The translations under genes and the position numbers were made by a program. A stretch of 62,936 nucleotides of DNA, counting the filler, from Rhabdomonas costata (lineage: Eukaryota), in the NCBI GenBank assembly GCA_019059605.1. It is 41 parts of 41 records of this genome, joined end to end, with 100 filler letters (N's around TTAATTAATTAA, not from the genome) between each part and the next. Parts side by side here need not be neighbours in the genome. Positions count along the whole stretch, not along the records: positions 10,766 to 12,203 come from JAHMHO010015956.1; positions 12,304 to 13,740 come from JAHMHO010015957.1; positions 13,841 to 15,278 come from JAHMHO010015958.1; positions 15,379 to 16,816 come from JAHMHO010015959.1; positions 16,917 to 18,354 come from JAHMHO010015960.1; positions 18,455 to 19,892 come from JAHMHO010015961.1; positions 19,993 to 21,430 come from JAHMHO010015962.1; positions 21,531 to 22,968 come from JAHMHO010015963.1; 33 more parts are not named here. The stretch is one strand, 5' to 3'. The number at the start of each line of letters is the position of its first letter. Within the stretch, counting starts at the first letter, position 1. Under the pieces are notes generated by a model, which saw only the letters and a program-made list of their open reading frames with translations, made no database searches and was not told where the DNA came from. This document shows, piece after piece, positions 11,678 through 24,280 of this stretch.

Positions 11678-13175
11678 GTATGTATGAGCCATTATCACGT
11701 AGAAAATTGCTCTGAGCTATGTTTCGGGCCAGGTGGGGGCTAGTGCTGGGCTGTGTGGTGAAGAGAAGCGCTTTGTACGCCTTGAGCAAACTGAGAAGCT
11801 TAAGTGTGTGTCGACGCAACTAATTCCAGGAACTTCGATGGGAAAGAAAAGAAGATTTTCTGGGGTCGTGTGGTCGTCGACCCTCGGGGCAGGGGAGGGT
11901 GCCATTTGCTGTTTTTCTAGCATGATTTTGAACACAAAAAAGGAGCACAGCACGCCTCCCCTAAGGGTTCTGTTTGCTCCGCCTGGGCCTGGATCGCCAA
12001 CTATGTATAAACTGAGTGAGCCACCACCACCACTACCACCAGTCATTGTCCCCCTCCACGTATTTGGAAAGTTGCTTCAAAGCGCTTTAGTTCATTTCAA
12101 GCCCAGCGGAAACTCATTATGAAACGCACAGGGCTTGCCTCTTTTCCACCCCTTCCCAAGATTCGGAGTCCTAGGAACACGAAATATCGGCTCCCACACC
12201 CCCNNNNNNNNNNNNNNNNNNNNNNNNNNNNNNNNNNNNNNNNNNNNTTAATTAATTAANNNNNNNNNNNNNNNNNNNNNNNNNNNNNNNNNNNNNNNNN
12301 NNNAAGAAGACGCGTACACAATACAACGAAAAGGAGCCGGAAAATGGGTATACTTCATGTTCATGAAAGTGAAAGCGGAGTTCCGGCTGTAACCAAGAAG
12401 CTTGTTGCAATGGCCTCCAACCGGCACTAACTATCCCAAGAATCAGCCAGAGATGAGAGAACTCACCACCAGTATACAAGCACGCAAGCAAGCGAACAAG
12501 TCGGCAACCACACCGGATGATCCAGTCCTGACGAGTGCCCAAGCGATTGTTGCTGCAGCTGTGAAAAAAATTGAGAGAGAGAGAGAGAGCGTAAATGAAC
12601 CTCTCTCCAAAACATATCGCGGGCACTGCGAACATGAAAAGTTCTTTGCAAAGATCAACAACCCTGACGGCACCACGTAGCCTTGCTTCGCTGTACTCTT
12701 GCGAAATAAACACACACGTGAGTGTGCACCTGTCGTGGGTCGTGGGACTTGGTGGGGCGCTAGAAAGGGTTTCAACCCGAAATTCAGTGAATGGTTTACC
12801 ACCTTTCCCCGCCTTTTCTTGACCTGTGGTGCCCTTTCCCACAACCGCATACTTCACACAGGCCGTTCCAAATATTTAGCAGATGACTGAAATAGGCTGT
12901 ACAGAAAACGGCTGATGCTCTTTTGGCTAACCCAAGAGACCATCGCAAATAATGCGAGACCAATGTATTTTGTTTTTCACAGCCTTTCTATGAAGCTGCA
13001 CCAGATACCAAACACGACAGCTCTGATCGCATTCGAAATGCCAAAACAATAAAAAAAACCACACACACTTTGTGCTTTAGGACAGTGACACTTCTTCTAC
13101 CGCTTCTCTTCTCCCCTGGGCTCACACCCTCCGTGGTGAGGATCACGCGCACAATCAAAAGCAAGCAAACAACCA

Positions 13176-13740
13176 CTAGAACTCTCCGCTGTTGGGGTAG
13201 CACAGCGTCACCGCAGAGCTGAAGTTCCCGTTGCGGCCGCAGTACACCAAGGGAAGGCTCATGTCCGAGCTGAAGGCGTCGGCACAGGTCTGGTTCAGCG
13301 CAGTGCAGTTCACCCACTCCGGCTCGGCTGAAAATACACGTTTAATTAATTTACATATTTAAACCGATACAAGTCCTGATCCAGGGCATCCTAGAACTTC
13401 AAAAGAAAGGAGGCCAATAAACCACTCACTGCATTTACATTCCACAACGAAACGCAATCATCTCTTTCATAGGTAACCGGATCAACCACTTCCTGCAACG
13501 TAGGCACATAGACGAGTCATGACAACACCCAGGTGGAGCTGCCAACCGCGTAGAAAAACGAGCACCCGCGAGAGGTTGGGGGTGCTGTGACAGCGCAAAA
13601 ACCAAAAATAAAATCGTTCGGGCCGACAAACACACATTCCCAGGGCAAGAAAGAATGTACACCAGAAAGAGAGAAAACTCCGCGTGCACACACCACACTG
13701 CCCGAAGACGAGGAACTCGGACTTCGCGCAGCGCATGCTG
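13176..13740 (-). CDS. Cys-rich protein, last two exons (13740-13694, 13327-13176)
   Basis: MRCAKSEFLVFGQC|AEPEWVNCTALNQTCADAFSS...VYCGRNGNFSSAVTLCYPNSGEF*; phase-1 GT-AG junction, N-glycosylation sequons. Confidence 0.6.
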
Positions 13741-15826
13741 NNNNNNNNNNNNNNNNNNNNNNNNNNNNNNNNNNNNNNNNNNNNTTAATTAATTAANNNN
13801 NNNNNNNNNNNNNNNNNNNNNNNNNNNNNNNNNNNNNNNNGGGGGTGTTTGTGTGTGCGTGCGCAGTGAGGGTCGATGGGGAAAGGAGGAGTGTTTTGGA
13901 GCGAAGAAACGAGGAATGCACTGCAAACAGAGGTGCAAGGAAAGAGAAGGAGACACGGAAAAGCAAGAAGTCGAAGGAGAGGGTACCGCATAAGAGGCAC
14001 CACAGGTGACCACCTTTTGTAGACTACCTTCCAAACAGCTCGCGAGTGCACGCACGCCCACGAGATGATCATACTTAAGGGCGCGCGTGTGAGGCCACAG
14101 TGGAGAAAGAGGTGGGAAGAGGGAAGGGTGTGCCGCGGTCAGCGAAAGCCGAAGGGTCATTCAGAGAGGCGGTCCAGGCGGCGCACCTTGCAAAAAGTGC
14201 AGGCGCAAGAAGTAGGCACCACAAGGTGACCTCACTTCGGTGTGTGTATGGTGGAATGATGTGTGTATGCTGAGAATGAACGAGAACGGAGGACGGAGGG
14301 TGGAGAGCGCCTTTTGACTGGCGGAGAAGCAAAGGGACTGGGAGGGTGGAGGCAACGTACCTTGCTAGCTGAGCCGGCAAAGAAGTGACTTCCACGGCGA
14401 GCTCACTTCAAGGCCTGAACTTGCACAAGAGCGAGATCCAGAGAAGCTGCCGCATCACCGTTTACACATGACCAGCAGCAATATTCCACAATGCGTCGGA
14501 AACATTTGTGGGCTTCAGAAGGTAGATCAGCAAGACGCCCCTGTTCCTGGATAAAATCACCTGAACGCTGCACATCAACGAGAGATTCCCCTGCGTTAAA
14601 ATCACCGAATTCTGAATTTGCGAGGAAAGCTGTACTAAAGCTTCTCTGAGTCTGCGAAGGGAGATACGAGCCTTACCAACCTTACTGCTTCTCGAAGTGC
14701 AGCACTACTGTTGCGAACACTCCTTCAGAGGTTTGCACACCTTGGGCTCGTTGTAGGGGATTTTGGGCAAAGAAGACTTTGAGTCTTCTGCCTGCACTCC
14801 GCACCAAAATGCTTTCTGCTTCCTGGGCTTCCTGCTAAACCACCGATCGCACAGCTTGCTTTTGTTGGATATGCTGGGCAGAACTTCCTGCATTACCACC
14901 CAGACCAGCACCCTGAGCTCTGCCGCTGTTTAGTGGGAGAGCTGCAGCGCCCCCAGCTGTCTTTCTCGCTTGTAATAACATGTTATATCAAAATCGTGAC
15001 GCAGTTGTCTTGAAACGCTGCTATGCAGCAGACAAGCGGGCATCTATTCAGGGACAAGACATGACACGGCAAATCCAGATGGCCTCTGCAAGGGCCTCAA
15101 AAGCACCCGAAATGGCCCTTAAATGGCTTGTAGGGTAGCTCTAAACAGAGGCATTCCTCCAGTGCCAGTATGAAGTACTCCTTGGCTCTACCCTGGTATG
15201 CTAATCAAGCCCATTTCGAATTCGAAAATGTCCTTGAATAGGGTGAGGATAGGGGCCGAAATAAGTGCCCAACCCAACNNNNNNNNNNNNNNNNNNNNNN
15301 NNNNNNNNNNNNNNNNNNNNNNTTAATTAATTAANNNNNNNNNNNNNNNNNNNNNNNNNNNNNNNNNNNNNNNNNNNNGGGGGGTGTGGTTTTTGCCATC
15401 ATGTTTGCACTCAAGTGCGCGCAGGTGAAGAACAGAGAGCAAAAGGGGACGTCCTCCCGTTTCGTCGAATCAATATGCACATGACCACAGCAGCAAAGTG
15501 GGTCATCAGCAGTTAGGTTTGTCCCCACGGCGGGTTTTGTAAAGGAGGACTGGTTGGGGTCATGCATGCTGCCGCGCAGTGACTGCTGTTGCCAGTTTTG
15601 CTCGCACACATGCTTTTTCAGTTGCAACTTTTCCTGTGAATTATTGCCTTTCCCCTGGTCCAAGTGTAAAATATTGCTGGATCTGGTGGATCTAATGTTG
15701 TACAGAAGTGGCTGCTTAATCACCCCACAGGCTGATGCCAAACATGAGGCCGTAGCTTTTGTTTTTCGTGTTCACAGGCACAAATGAATGCGCGTGTGCA
15801 CCACTTGGCGAAGCAACGGATCATAC

Positions 15827-16526
15827 CTGCCCTCCGGACTCGGCGTAGAACCCGGTGTTGTCCAGGACAATCCCGACGTCCTCCGAGGTAGACTCCGTGG
15901 AGGCCACAAACTGCTGCGTGCTGGGGAGGTAGATCGCCAGCACAGAGCCCTGGCTTTCGTTCCATACGTACTTGAAGCTATCCTGAACCCCCCCCCCCCT
16001 ACACACGCACACGACTGCTTTTGGTAGAGAGAGCGTGCAGTTCCTCGGTGCTGCGGGGAGGGAATGTCGGTTCAGGGCTCGGCAGGCGCAATTGAAAATA
16101 TGAGCTGACCCCTGAATAATGTTTGCGGCCGCAGCAGAGGCAAGGGGTGTGTAAGTGCGGGGTGAAGTGACTGAACTGTGAGCTGACTGATATCATGCGG
16201 TATCAGTACGGTACAAGGCACGGCGTTTCAACCCTCGGCCGAGTGGTTGGTCCGCCTTCCTTGGATGCTCTTCGGCGGGTTCTTCCTCTGAAATCGGATG
16301 TTAGTCGGGTTTACAGGGCTCTGGAATGACGGGAATAAGGGCTGTAGTTGAGAGAGAGAGAGAGAGAGAGAGACGGGGAAGGAGAGATGGCTCACACGTT
16401 GGTGGGGGGAATCTTAGCGACGGACTCCAGGTGGTGGGTCTGGTCCGTGCCCAGGAATCCCTTGCGGGCCACCATGGTGTCCCCACCGCTCTTGGTCCTC
16501 TGCTCCTCCATCAGCTTCTCAAAGCC
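15827..16526 (-). CDS. AARS: Alanyl-tRNA synthetase, exons 16526-16398 and 15982-15827
   Basis: GFEKLMEEQR...PTN|DSFKY...VGIVLDNTGFYAESGGQ is the AlaRS signature; phase-0 junction. Confidence 0.92.
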
Positions 16527-18582
16527 CTGCCACCAGACACACCCGTCCCATTCCCAACTCCAAAACATTTTCATTGTTTCCATGGGGCAGGAGAGAGGGA
16601 AAAACCATCCGTTGAACGGCCGCACGGTCACACCGAATGCACTGGTCGCACCCCACACTTCGTGGAGGGGGCTCGTCCAGGAGCCTTTTCTGAGGAGTGT
16701 CAAAGGTGCCTTTTGGCCATAATGCTCCTTTTATACATTTTGGCCCGCTAGCCCATTTATTTTCTTTCATCCCCATTCAAAGCCAAAAGCCTAGTTCCTC
16801 CGCACCACAACCACCCNNNNNNNNNNNNNNNNNNNNNNNNNNNNNNNNNNNNNNNNNNNNTTAATTAATTAANNNNNNNNNNNNNNNNNNNNNNNNNNNN
16901 NNNNNNNNNNNNNNNNCGGCTCCTAGGGCTTGCAACCGTGGTTGTTGGATGCTATGGAAACACCTATTTCGGCACGGATGTGTGCAGAGGTTGGAGTATG
17001 TGTGGGTGTGAGTTGCTTGGCATTTGGTGCCGGGGTGTGTGTCAGTATTTATCCCTCTTGCCTTCGTTGTGTACGTGGTCTTTCTTGCGTGTGTCTGCGG
17101 CTTCATCTGTGTGTGTTAGCACTGTGTTGGTGCTTTAGGGGGTCAGTGTGGTTTTTTTGGTATGCGCGGTGACCTTGGCCTTCGGTCCTTCCGCTTATGG
17201 TAATTACGCAAGCGTTGGGTGGGTGGCTTTCGGTGTTCTTGCTGGTTCTGTTGTTGCTTGTGGTTATCTCGCTGTGTGTGTGACTGCTACTATTGGTGTG
17301 GATTTGAATGTGGTGCTTTCGTGTGTTGCTGGTGGTTGCGTGGTTGTGTTGGGACTGCTTTTGGGTGTCAGGCTTTGCGTTGGCTGTGCTGGGATGGACT
17401 GTTTTGTGTGCGATGTGTCCGAGGGCGTACAGTATGTTGTGATGGATACTATGTGTTTGTGGGTGCAGGTTTTCGTGGACACGTTCTGGTGCTGACGGTG
17501 CGTTGGTGGCTAGGGTCAATGTTTGTTTATGCGGTAACGGCTTTGCGTGGTTTGTGTTCTCTTCGATTTCCGGCTCCTAGGGCTTGCAACCGTGGTTGTT
17601 GGATGCTATGGAAACACCTATTTCGGCACGGATGTGTGCAGAGGTTGGAGTATGTGTGGGTGTGAGTTGCTTGGCATTTGGTGCCGGGGTGTGTGTCGGT
17701 TTTTCTTCGGGTTTTTTCGCTACGTGTATGCCTTTTTGTCATGTTGTCGATTGCTGTGGTGTGCTGGTGATGTCATTGGTGTTAGGTTTCGGTCCTTCCT
17801 CATATATCGTTTTCAGTGGTTCTCTGTGTGCACTATCGTTGGAATCGTTGGCAGTTTCAAGCGCTTCTCCGCTCAGAAAAATCATATGAATAAATAAAAA
17901 TAAAAATGGTATGCTGAGAGGTATCGAGGCATCCCGACCCACCATCAACACCCTTTTACTCCCCTGAGGTATCGGGGTAAGGCATCAGCGATAGGGATAG
18001 GCATTCGGTCTCTACCATAAGGCTCTTACACCCTAGGCATCTACCTTAGCGTTACCATTACGCTTCAACCTTAGGCTTAGCGTAAGATTCAACCCTGAGC
18101 ATCTGTCCCAGGCATTACCACTCCACTTAGCATCAAGGCATCAAGGCATCAACGCATCCATCAGTACTCAGCTTGGCATCGCGGTTCTGTCCCTGCGGGG
18201 CCCTAACCCTACCACGCTATCCCTTACACCTTCAGAGTGTGGACGTGATGCTTTACCTTGATGCTGATGCGGTGTTGTCGGGGTGTTGGACTGCGCAAGG
18301 ACTGACACACCGGTAAGAGTGATGCCCTGACACCGTACCACCACCACCAACGCTNNNNNNNNNNNNNNNNNNNNNNNNNNNNNNNNNNNNNNNNNNNNTT
18401 AATTAATTAANNNNNNNNNNNNNNNNNNNNNNNNNNNNNNNNNNNNNNNNNNNNGCAGGAAGTAAGATCTCGTCTCAAAAACCTGGGGCCATGTAGCTGT
18501 TGGGTTTCCCCTGTTCTTTTAAGCTTTTCTCCTGAGGGTTGGAGTAACTGTTGGTTATTTTCCCCGTGTTCATTCTTTCGCA

Positions 18583-19890
18583 GCAGCCCGAGCACGGAGC
18601 AGTGGGCTTCCGGGTGGGGATGCGGGTGAGTGCGGTGCCCCGGCCTGTGCGCCGGGAGGACGATCAGGGGCCCCACCAGTGGCTGGGGCAGGCCCAGGTC
18701 CACTCCGTGCTGCGGACCTCCGCCATTCGGGGGCTGCGGCAGTGCGACCCAGATCCGGCGTACATGAAGCTGTGCGTGTGCCGCTGAGAGCTTGGCCCAC
18801 TCTATGGACCACTCTGTGGACCACTCTGTGGACCCTAACCCCCCGTGCAGGGAAGTGCACGCGGTGGTAATGCGGGATTGTGATAAGGAGCTGGGCCCCA
18901 GTGCTTCTGTTGCTTGCCAGCGGCAGGATGTTGGCAAGCTGGTGCGGTGAGAGCTGGTCGGCTCTCTGGCAGGCAAGCGGGCAGGCATATGAACCTTGCT
19001 GGGGTGCGTTGTGACGATGTGGTTTCTGGACAATGGCGATGGACACCACTGTTTGGTTCCATGTGGGAATCGGCGTATTTCGGTAACCTTCATTTGCTTG
19101 GTTGCCATTTCGAACTCGAAGACGGTGTCGTTCACATGTCTCATGGAGTGAGGATGTTTTGGTTGTGGGGGAGGGATGTGTCTGAAGCTGACGGATTATG
19201 CTGCTCTTGATGTGAATCCAACGGCACTTCGATGCCAGACATTCGCTGTTCACCGCTCTAATATCCCCTTGCTTCTTGTCTATCCATTTGCCGACCATCG
19301 TTTTCTCATCTTTATGTCTTTTCAGTCTCTGCTTTGTTTGGCTGGATGGGTTATGGTCAAGTTTCTGGGCGCCCCATAGTCTCTCTCCTCTGATGGTCTT
19401 CCCTCGAGGGAGGTGGTCCTGGGCTCAGCTCACCGCCCCAGTTTTAGGAGGCTGGTCGCTGTGCTACCTCACCACCCTCTCCCTCTTTTCCGATACGACG
19501 GTCACCTTTCCTCAGGCCACACAAGCGCCCACAACCGCCCCCAGACCCACCCTGGGGCCCCAGCCATGCCCGTGCAACTGCAGTAGTAGTAGTAGCGGCG
19601 GCAGCGGCAGTGCCTCGCATCCTCTTCCCCCTGTGCTGCTGTGCGCAGATGAGTTTGCAGGGCGGTGGGCGAAGAAGGCCCTTCGCTCCGCCAACGCCAT
19701 CCTGGGGCGATGTGCGCTGAATTGGATGGCCTCCCACCTTCCTGAGGTTATCCCGGACATTACCCTGGGGCAGTCCGTGTTTGACCTGGGCTACGATGGG
19801 GAGCTGTACCCGCTGCCCTCCGTGACGCACTCGAAGTGGCTGTATCTCACTCCATACCTCCCGCACACCGGGCTGGCCCCTCCCCCCAAA
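18583..19890 (+). CDS. Unknown protein, probable exons ~18583-18771 and ~19448-19890
   Basis: GC3-rich open segments with candidate splice sites; no recognised domain; boundaries uncertain. Confidence 0.45.
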
Positions 19891-20213
19891 CANNNNNNNN
19901 NNNNNNNNNNNNNNNNNNNNNNNNNNNNNNNNNNNNTTAATTAATTAANNNNNNNNNNNNNNNNNNNNNNNNNNNNNNNNNNNNNNNNNNNNTTGAAGGC
20001 GAGGTTGTTTCAGTCTTGACCTCAACGGGATTTTGGGGCAAGGTAAGTTACATCCCGAAACTCAGAATTTAGTATGTTACGAGTTTCCAGTTGAAGTCCT
20101 GGGAACACTATAACATGCCGCTGGGCTGGTGTGTATGCATACGATATGTTTTAAACGTTATCACAATAGTGAGGCTAAAAAGCACGTGTTCTGAGTTTAC
20201 GGTGTAACGTGCT

Positions 20214-20354
20214 ATGATTAAAATATATAATACGGTTGATCAAAATACTCTATTACTAGTGTTATTTGGTGCATCTATGTTGTATGGCATTATAATATCT
20301 CAGATATATGTTGTTAGATACTATCAAAATAAAATAAATCCAGTTGAGATATAA
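20214..20354 (+). CDS. Small AT-rich single-TM protein, virus-like
   Basis: MIKIYNTVDQNTLLLVLFGASMLYGIIISQIYVVRYYQNKINPVEI*; followed directly by AAAATTGA at 20356-20363. Confidence 0.4.
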   Translation: MIKIYNTVDQNTLLLVLFGASMLYGIIISQIYVVRYYQNKINPVEI

Positions 20355-21187
20355 CAAAATTGATATTTAATCATAATATAAACTTCAAAGTGTATATATA
20401 CATTGTTTACTTCAGTTAATAACTTATCAAACTTCAAACTGACCAGTCCCAGCACAATGTATTACGTTTAGCCGATCGATTTTGCTGTTGAGGTGTCTTC
20501 TCACACACGGCGTCTTCCCGTGTTCTCAGCAATCCGTGAGGACTCGTCCGCATCCTCTTCTTCTTGTGATCCTTCTGCTCCCTCTGCTTCGCCGAATGTA
20601 AAGTTCGGACTGGTTCGAGTCTTTCTTGGGCCTGAAGTTGAGATCACGGCCTACAACACCTGAGCTCTGACAACAACGCATCAGAGGATTTTGAGAGAGA
20701 GAGAGAGCATCATGACCTCGGGGAAGCTATTCTGTCAACGACATTGGACTTACTAACATATATATAGGCGCACGCAGAACGGTTGCTACCCTCTGTATCT
20801 CCAGCGCGGAGATTTAATGAAAAATTTTCGCCTGATGGGGTTCATGGCATTTAAGTACACGTCGGGGGATTTTTATAATTACTTTGTGTTCAGTTCGAAT
20901 GCGAACACCCCCGAACGAACGTCATGTACGACGGCCTTATGTGGACGTTGTGTTGAACACGACTTCGCGCGGCAATACTTTGCGTTGAAATTCTAAGTCT
21001 TATGCGCGGCACTTCTTAGCGTTGCACTGCTTTGCACTGTGTTGCCTTTGATTGCTTTTACTGAATTAATTCAGTAAGTCAAAGGACAATTAAAATAAAA
21101 TATATTGTAGTAAAATCATATAATAAGTAATACTTGCATTTGTAAAAAGAACAAATACAAGTGAAAATTAATTATACGATGCAGGAT

Positions 21188-21421
21188 TTAGTAAAAGCTT
21201 TTTTCATAGGTTTCAAATAATTTAACATGATTATGAACACCTTTGTCGATAAGTTTTACGACAACAAACATATCATCTACTACAGAATATTTTACTGCAT
21301 TATCTCTCTTATCTTTTGCTCCTAAATCAGGACCTTTTATATTAACTTCCATTAACTATTAACAATTAACTATTTTATTAACTTCTATTAGCTGAGCAGA
21401 TAAATCATCATTAATGGCAAA
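21188..21421 (-). pseudogene. Tubulin-tyrosine-ligase-family C-terminal fragment, AT-rich, NCLDV-like
   Basis: FAINDDLSAQLIEVNK[IVNC**LMEVNIK]GPDLGAKDKRDNAVKYSVVDDMF; LIEVNxxP motif broken by a local duplication and two stops. Confidence 0.65.
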
Positions 21422-24085
21422 ACCACACACNNNNNNNNNNNNNNNNNNNNNNNNNNNNNNNNNNNNNNNNNNNNTTAATTAATTAANNNNNNNNNNNNNN
21501 NNNNNNNNNNNNNNNNNNNNNNNNNNNNNNTGTTGTTGTTGTGTACTGCTTTATTGCTATGTGTGTGTGTGGATATCTTGATGTGTCTGTTGGTTCTAGT
21601 GCTTTGTTAGTGCATGATGTTGTTGTTGGCGTTACGGTGTTGTTGTGTACTGCTTTAGTGCTATGTGCGTTTGATTCTGAGGGGTTCATGTGTCTAAGGC
21701 ATTCTTTTACGTGTAGTGATGCTGGAGGCCTTCTTTCTGCGATGCCCTTCACTAATCGGTCATGCCTCCGTACCTAATACAGCCATCAACCTCTAAAGCG
21801 TAGTCTCTTGTTATTCCATGTGGCTAAACCCGGACGGAACGAATATGATGGAACATGACGAAGGAAGGGGCCATCATGAGAGTGAAGTGAAACGTAGGTA
21901 AGATGCTTGTATTCTTGTTTCGCTACGCTCATGAACATCCTTCCACTCTTACATGCTTGATACCCCATGCCATCTCCTTGCGTCGATGTCATGGGGCCCC
22001 CAAGAAGTCGTCGTCACTTTGTTCCTCCTCCCCTACTTTCTGTTGATCACAGTTCTCATTTGCGTTGCTCGTTAGTACTCATGTTCACTCTGTCACTCCG
22101 TTCGCTACGCTCACTTCGTTCCTGTGTCGACTCTCAAAATATTTAATTTGACTGGAGCACGACGCTTCGCTGTTTGCCACATATCCAGCGGCTTGGAGAA
22201 CCACACCCCGCCAGCGACATCGTTTTCTTCCTGTGTTTGGCTAACGCCTTGCACTTGGAAAAAACGTGGCTTCCTCCGATTCAACGTCTTGGCGAGCGAC
22301 GCCGTGCACCAGAAAATCGCCTGCACGCCAGTAGAGCTGGAAGGGCGCAGGTCGTAACTGTTTATCCTGCTACCAGATGTGACTTTTTATAAACTTGGCT
22401 GGTGAACGAAACACAGTAGAGGTTACCAAAAGTACTAACATTCAAAATATGTAATTGGATTTATGAAGAAATCAAAACAGACTCATCTGTTGAGATCGAA
22501 CATTAATAACGTTATATATAATAATATAATGAATCTGTACTATGGATTGTAAACCGCTCATAGCCACCGATAGTTGGACAGCAGAGTGACGTCACACACT
22601 TGGCGCGCACGCGGTGATATATTCTCTGAACATCTAAAAGTCATATTTTAACCCGCGAGTCGCAACCACGAAATAGGACCATAGGTCGTGTCATAGTGGT
22701 GTTCGTTGCCACCGTTGTACAAAGTAACAAGGGCTGTTCCATTGATTACATTAGTTCATTACCACGACGGCTTCAAGAGGAAAATCCGGAACAAGAGGCC
22801 CAAGAAGACCATGGAATAAGAATCAGGAGAAGCAGCACAAGTCAGAAAAAACAGGGACGTGTAGTACTGGGACCAAGTCCATCAACGGGGTTAAACACTG
22901 CATGCAGGGAGTATGTGAGCATGATACATGCAAACATGCGACTAGCAAACATGGGGGACACAGCCACCNNNNNNNNNNNNNNNNNNNNNNNNNNNNNNNN
23001 NNNNNNNNNNNNTTAATTAATTAANNNNNNNNNNNNNNNNNNNNNNNNNNNNNNNNNNNNNNNNNNNNAGGAAAAAGGGAGGAGGGGGGTGCCGATGAGG
23101 CAATAAGTTAAGCCTGGGTACGCGCATCTTCTGGGCTCAATTCGAGCAATTTCAGTGTCCTCTCGCTGTATCGCTCCCCTCTGTATAGCATGACTGGGGA
23201 AATGATCCTTGAGGGGGGGGTCTCATGACTCAACTTTAGTTTTTCATGCCTCTGGGTGGCTGCTGCCTCCTGCGATTGCAGTCTCTAAGCTCTGAGCCTC
23301 TTATCGGATTCACCGAAATGTTGGGAGGGGGGGGGGCTTGGCCCACTCCCAGGTATGGTCTTGGGTTCGGCGCGTAATTCACGAACATCTGGCATCGGGA
23401 TTTGGCGTGGTCCTTTTCCCAGATCCTTTTCTATCTGCAGACGACTTCCTCCTGACTGGGCAGCAACCGCGAGTCATGGAAATGATGTCCTAATCAAGAG
23501 CAAGCATCCGCCCGACAGCGGCAACCAAAAACTGGCGACTGGGGTGAGGGAGGGGGGCGTACTCGTCCATCACGGGGAGCTGCCCCAGCACGGAGAGGTC
23601 GGGAGTATCGCTGGTGAGGTCCAGCCGAGGGAACCCCCGAAGTGGCTCTAGCCGCGCCGGCTTCTGAGAGAAGTGCACCCCAAAAATACAGAATGTAGGA
23701 TGGATGGATGCGTGTTCATCTAAAGAAAGTTTGTATTTCAGTGTAACGGCCATTCATTCATCCGTCGACATGACGACGGGTCTGTGTCCTTGGCTGAAGA
23801 AGTGGCTCTAGGCATAGAACGTCCCTCGATGTGGACACACGATTTTTCACGGTCAGCAAAAAATAGTCGGGTACCAAAGAGAAACCCCTTGTACCAAAAC
23901 CGGGTGTGCAAGTTAAAACAAGAACAAAAATATTTTAGAAACATTTTTTTAGAAATTTTTTTAGAAATAGATTTCTTAGATTTCTTAGATTTTTTTAGAA
24001 ATATTTTTAGATAAGTTTTCTGTTACCACTGGTAACCATTACCACTCCCCTCCCCCCCAACTTCCGTTGGGCCATAGGTGGTGGG

Positions 24086-24133
24086 TTAGGGTTAGGGTTA
24101 GGGTTAGGGTTAGGGTTAGGGTTAGGGTTAGGG
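24086..24133 (+). repeat. Interstitial telomeric repeat (TTAGGG)8
   Basis: Eight perfect copies plus a TTCGGG variant, 61 nt upstream of an exon. Confidence 0.95.
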
Positions 24134-24194
24134 TTCGGGTTTGCAAGAATTGACAGGGCTCTGGCGTGGTTCCTTGTTGACAATTTTATCGCAG

Positions 24195-24280
24195 GTGGAC
24201 CCCTCGGGGTCGTATTGGGCATGGAAGGCTTCGGCCATCGGGAAGAATATGGTGAATGCCAAGACCTTTCTGGAAAAACG
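24195..24280 (+). CDS. PSMA2: 20S proteasome subunit alpha-2, internal exon
   Basis: [33 protein letters not shown] bounded. Confidence 0.92.

Noticed and set aside
6790-21421. In-frame stops as evidence of an alternative genetic code
   Set aside because: Conserved host exons have no internal stops and end in TAA/TAG; the stops mostly co-occur with frameshifts or duplications in decayed segments
22081-22130. CGTTCGCTACGCTCACTTCGTTC motif suggestive of a viral or TE hairpin
   Set aside because: Single short occurrence with no supporting ORF or partner arm
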